DNA of 64,000 nucleotides from Setoptus koraiensis (Eukaryota; Animalia; Arthropoda): NCBI GenBank assembly GCA_048013815.1, contig CM106585.1, positions 8,990,001 to 9,054,000 of the forward strand, read 5' to 3'. Shown piece by piece: positions 62,851 to 64,000 of this stretch (position 1 is its first letter; each line of letters starts with the position of its first letter). The notes under the pieces were generated by a model. It saw only the letters and a program-made list of their open reading frames with translations, ran no database searches and was not told where the DNA came from. The position numbers and the translations under genes were made by a program.

Positions 62851-64000
62851 TCAGAACAAATGAGACGGGATCGCATGCCAGCCGAAATATTGAATTGGAT
62901 TTCGAGTGGCTGCTGCAAATGTAAAGTGTAAACTGTCAATTGTGAGCACGTTGTGAGCATGGCGTGAACGCGCTGTGAATAGGCCGTGAACGTCGTCAGT
63001 GTTGTCGGTGTTGTCGGTGTTGCCGGTGTTGTAGGATATGCAAATTGTGCGCGCCACAAACATCAACATAAACATTATCACCCTTTGTAATGATTACAAC
63101 ATTGTGATAAATTCATCATTACACCGATAATAAACGCGCCCGGCGCGCACACTGGCGACGCGCCGGGCGCCCACTTACCTGGCTGGCGCTTGTAGCTGTC
63201 AAAACAGCAACAAATTGAAAGGAGTTATTATTGTTATTATTGTTATTATTGGCGCTCGCACGCTGTTTATATCCCGAATAAGCATATAATGCACCCAACT
63301 GTAGTGTGTACTGTGTTGGCGCTATAGAAAACATGGTGACATGTAGTGACAAGCCGACACAACGACAACAGCGCCCATAAAGCACCGCCGATTGATATTT
63401 ATTGATAGTCATTGGCGCTCGTTGAGGCGCTATGATTTCGCCATTTCGCCATTTCGCCATTTTGCGATTTTGCGCTTGCAATATTTCGATATTTCCACGT
63501 TTCGACACTTGGATATCGTCGTCGGGCCGCCGCACCAAGCGCCCGACGGCCGCCCGACAAGCGACCACGACAGCCATTGTACGGGTATTAGCGGCATGTT
63601 GAGTGCTCATTTGAATAATAAACAAACACGACGCGCTGTCTGTCCGATTATCCGCCAGTCGCTCTAAAGAGTTTCTGTCGCGCTGCCTGGCGCGTCTAAA
63701 TCGCACCGTCTAAATCGCGCCGTCTAAATCGCGCCGTTTAAATCACGGCGATCGGCGGTGTCGCAGCGCCGCCGCCGAGCCGACACAAGTGACAACACAA
63801 TCGCGCTAATTCAATTTATCGCCGCCACACTCGCCCGTACCAGTGCGCATATTCACCCGTGAATAGCCCATGAATCATAAGCCAACGTCGTCGTGTGTCT
63901 CGCGCCACTGGTGACATAATCGCGCGTTGACTGACAGCGCGATTATGTCACTCGCTCGACGTTTATATCTCGTCGGCGATGTTTTTCGGCGACGCTCACT

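Noticed and set aside
63173-63183. ACTTACCTGGC, identical to the U1 snRNA 5' end (similar at 45404)
   Set aside because: No U1 stem-loops or Sm site follow. It is simply the reverse complement of a consensus splice donor.

Overview
Eukaryotic, gene-compact arthropod DNA. The likely source is an acariform mite; the chelicerate-style cuticle gene, 105-155 nt introns and intronless housekeeping gene fit an eriophyoid-like genome, but this is inference. In order, the window contains: a decayed zone (mariner relic, alpha-tubulin fragment); a very large Rebers-Riddiford cuticle protein gene (about 1,750 aa once two ORFs are spliced); a small secreted protein built from two copies of a 6-Cys module; CPPED1; a 9-kb stretch with no recognisable gene; intronless SF3A3; three paralogous secreted G/S/H-rich proteins (26.4 kb, 30.1 kb, 49.0 kb) sharing an N-terminal Cys-helix-RR motif, a C-terminal domain and a 5'UTR intron; a Q50 paired-like homeobox gene (Drgx/aristaless-like) whose homeobox intron holds a 117-bp near-perfect hairpin; hexokinase with a candidate 24-nt His-containing microexon; empty spiracles/Emx; and about 10 kb of repeat-rich non-coding DNA. 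I found no rRNA, tRNA, CRISPR array or intact transposon. The best leads are the three-member secreted family, the twin-Cys-domain secreted protein, the intronic hairpin, the hexokinase microexon, and recurrent 10-bp-period minisatellites built from transcription-factor-like motifs. All homology calls come from recall of family motifs, not database searches.
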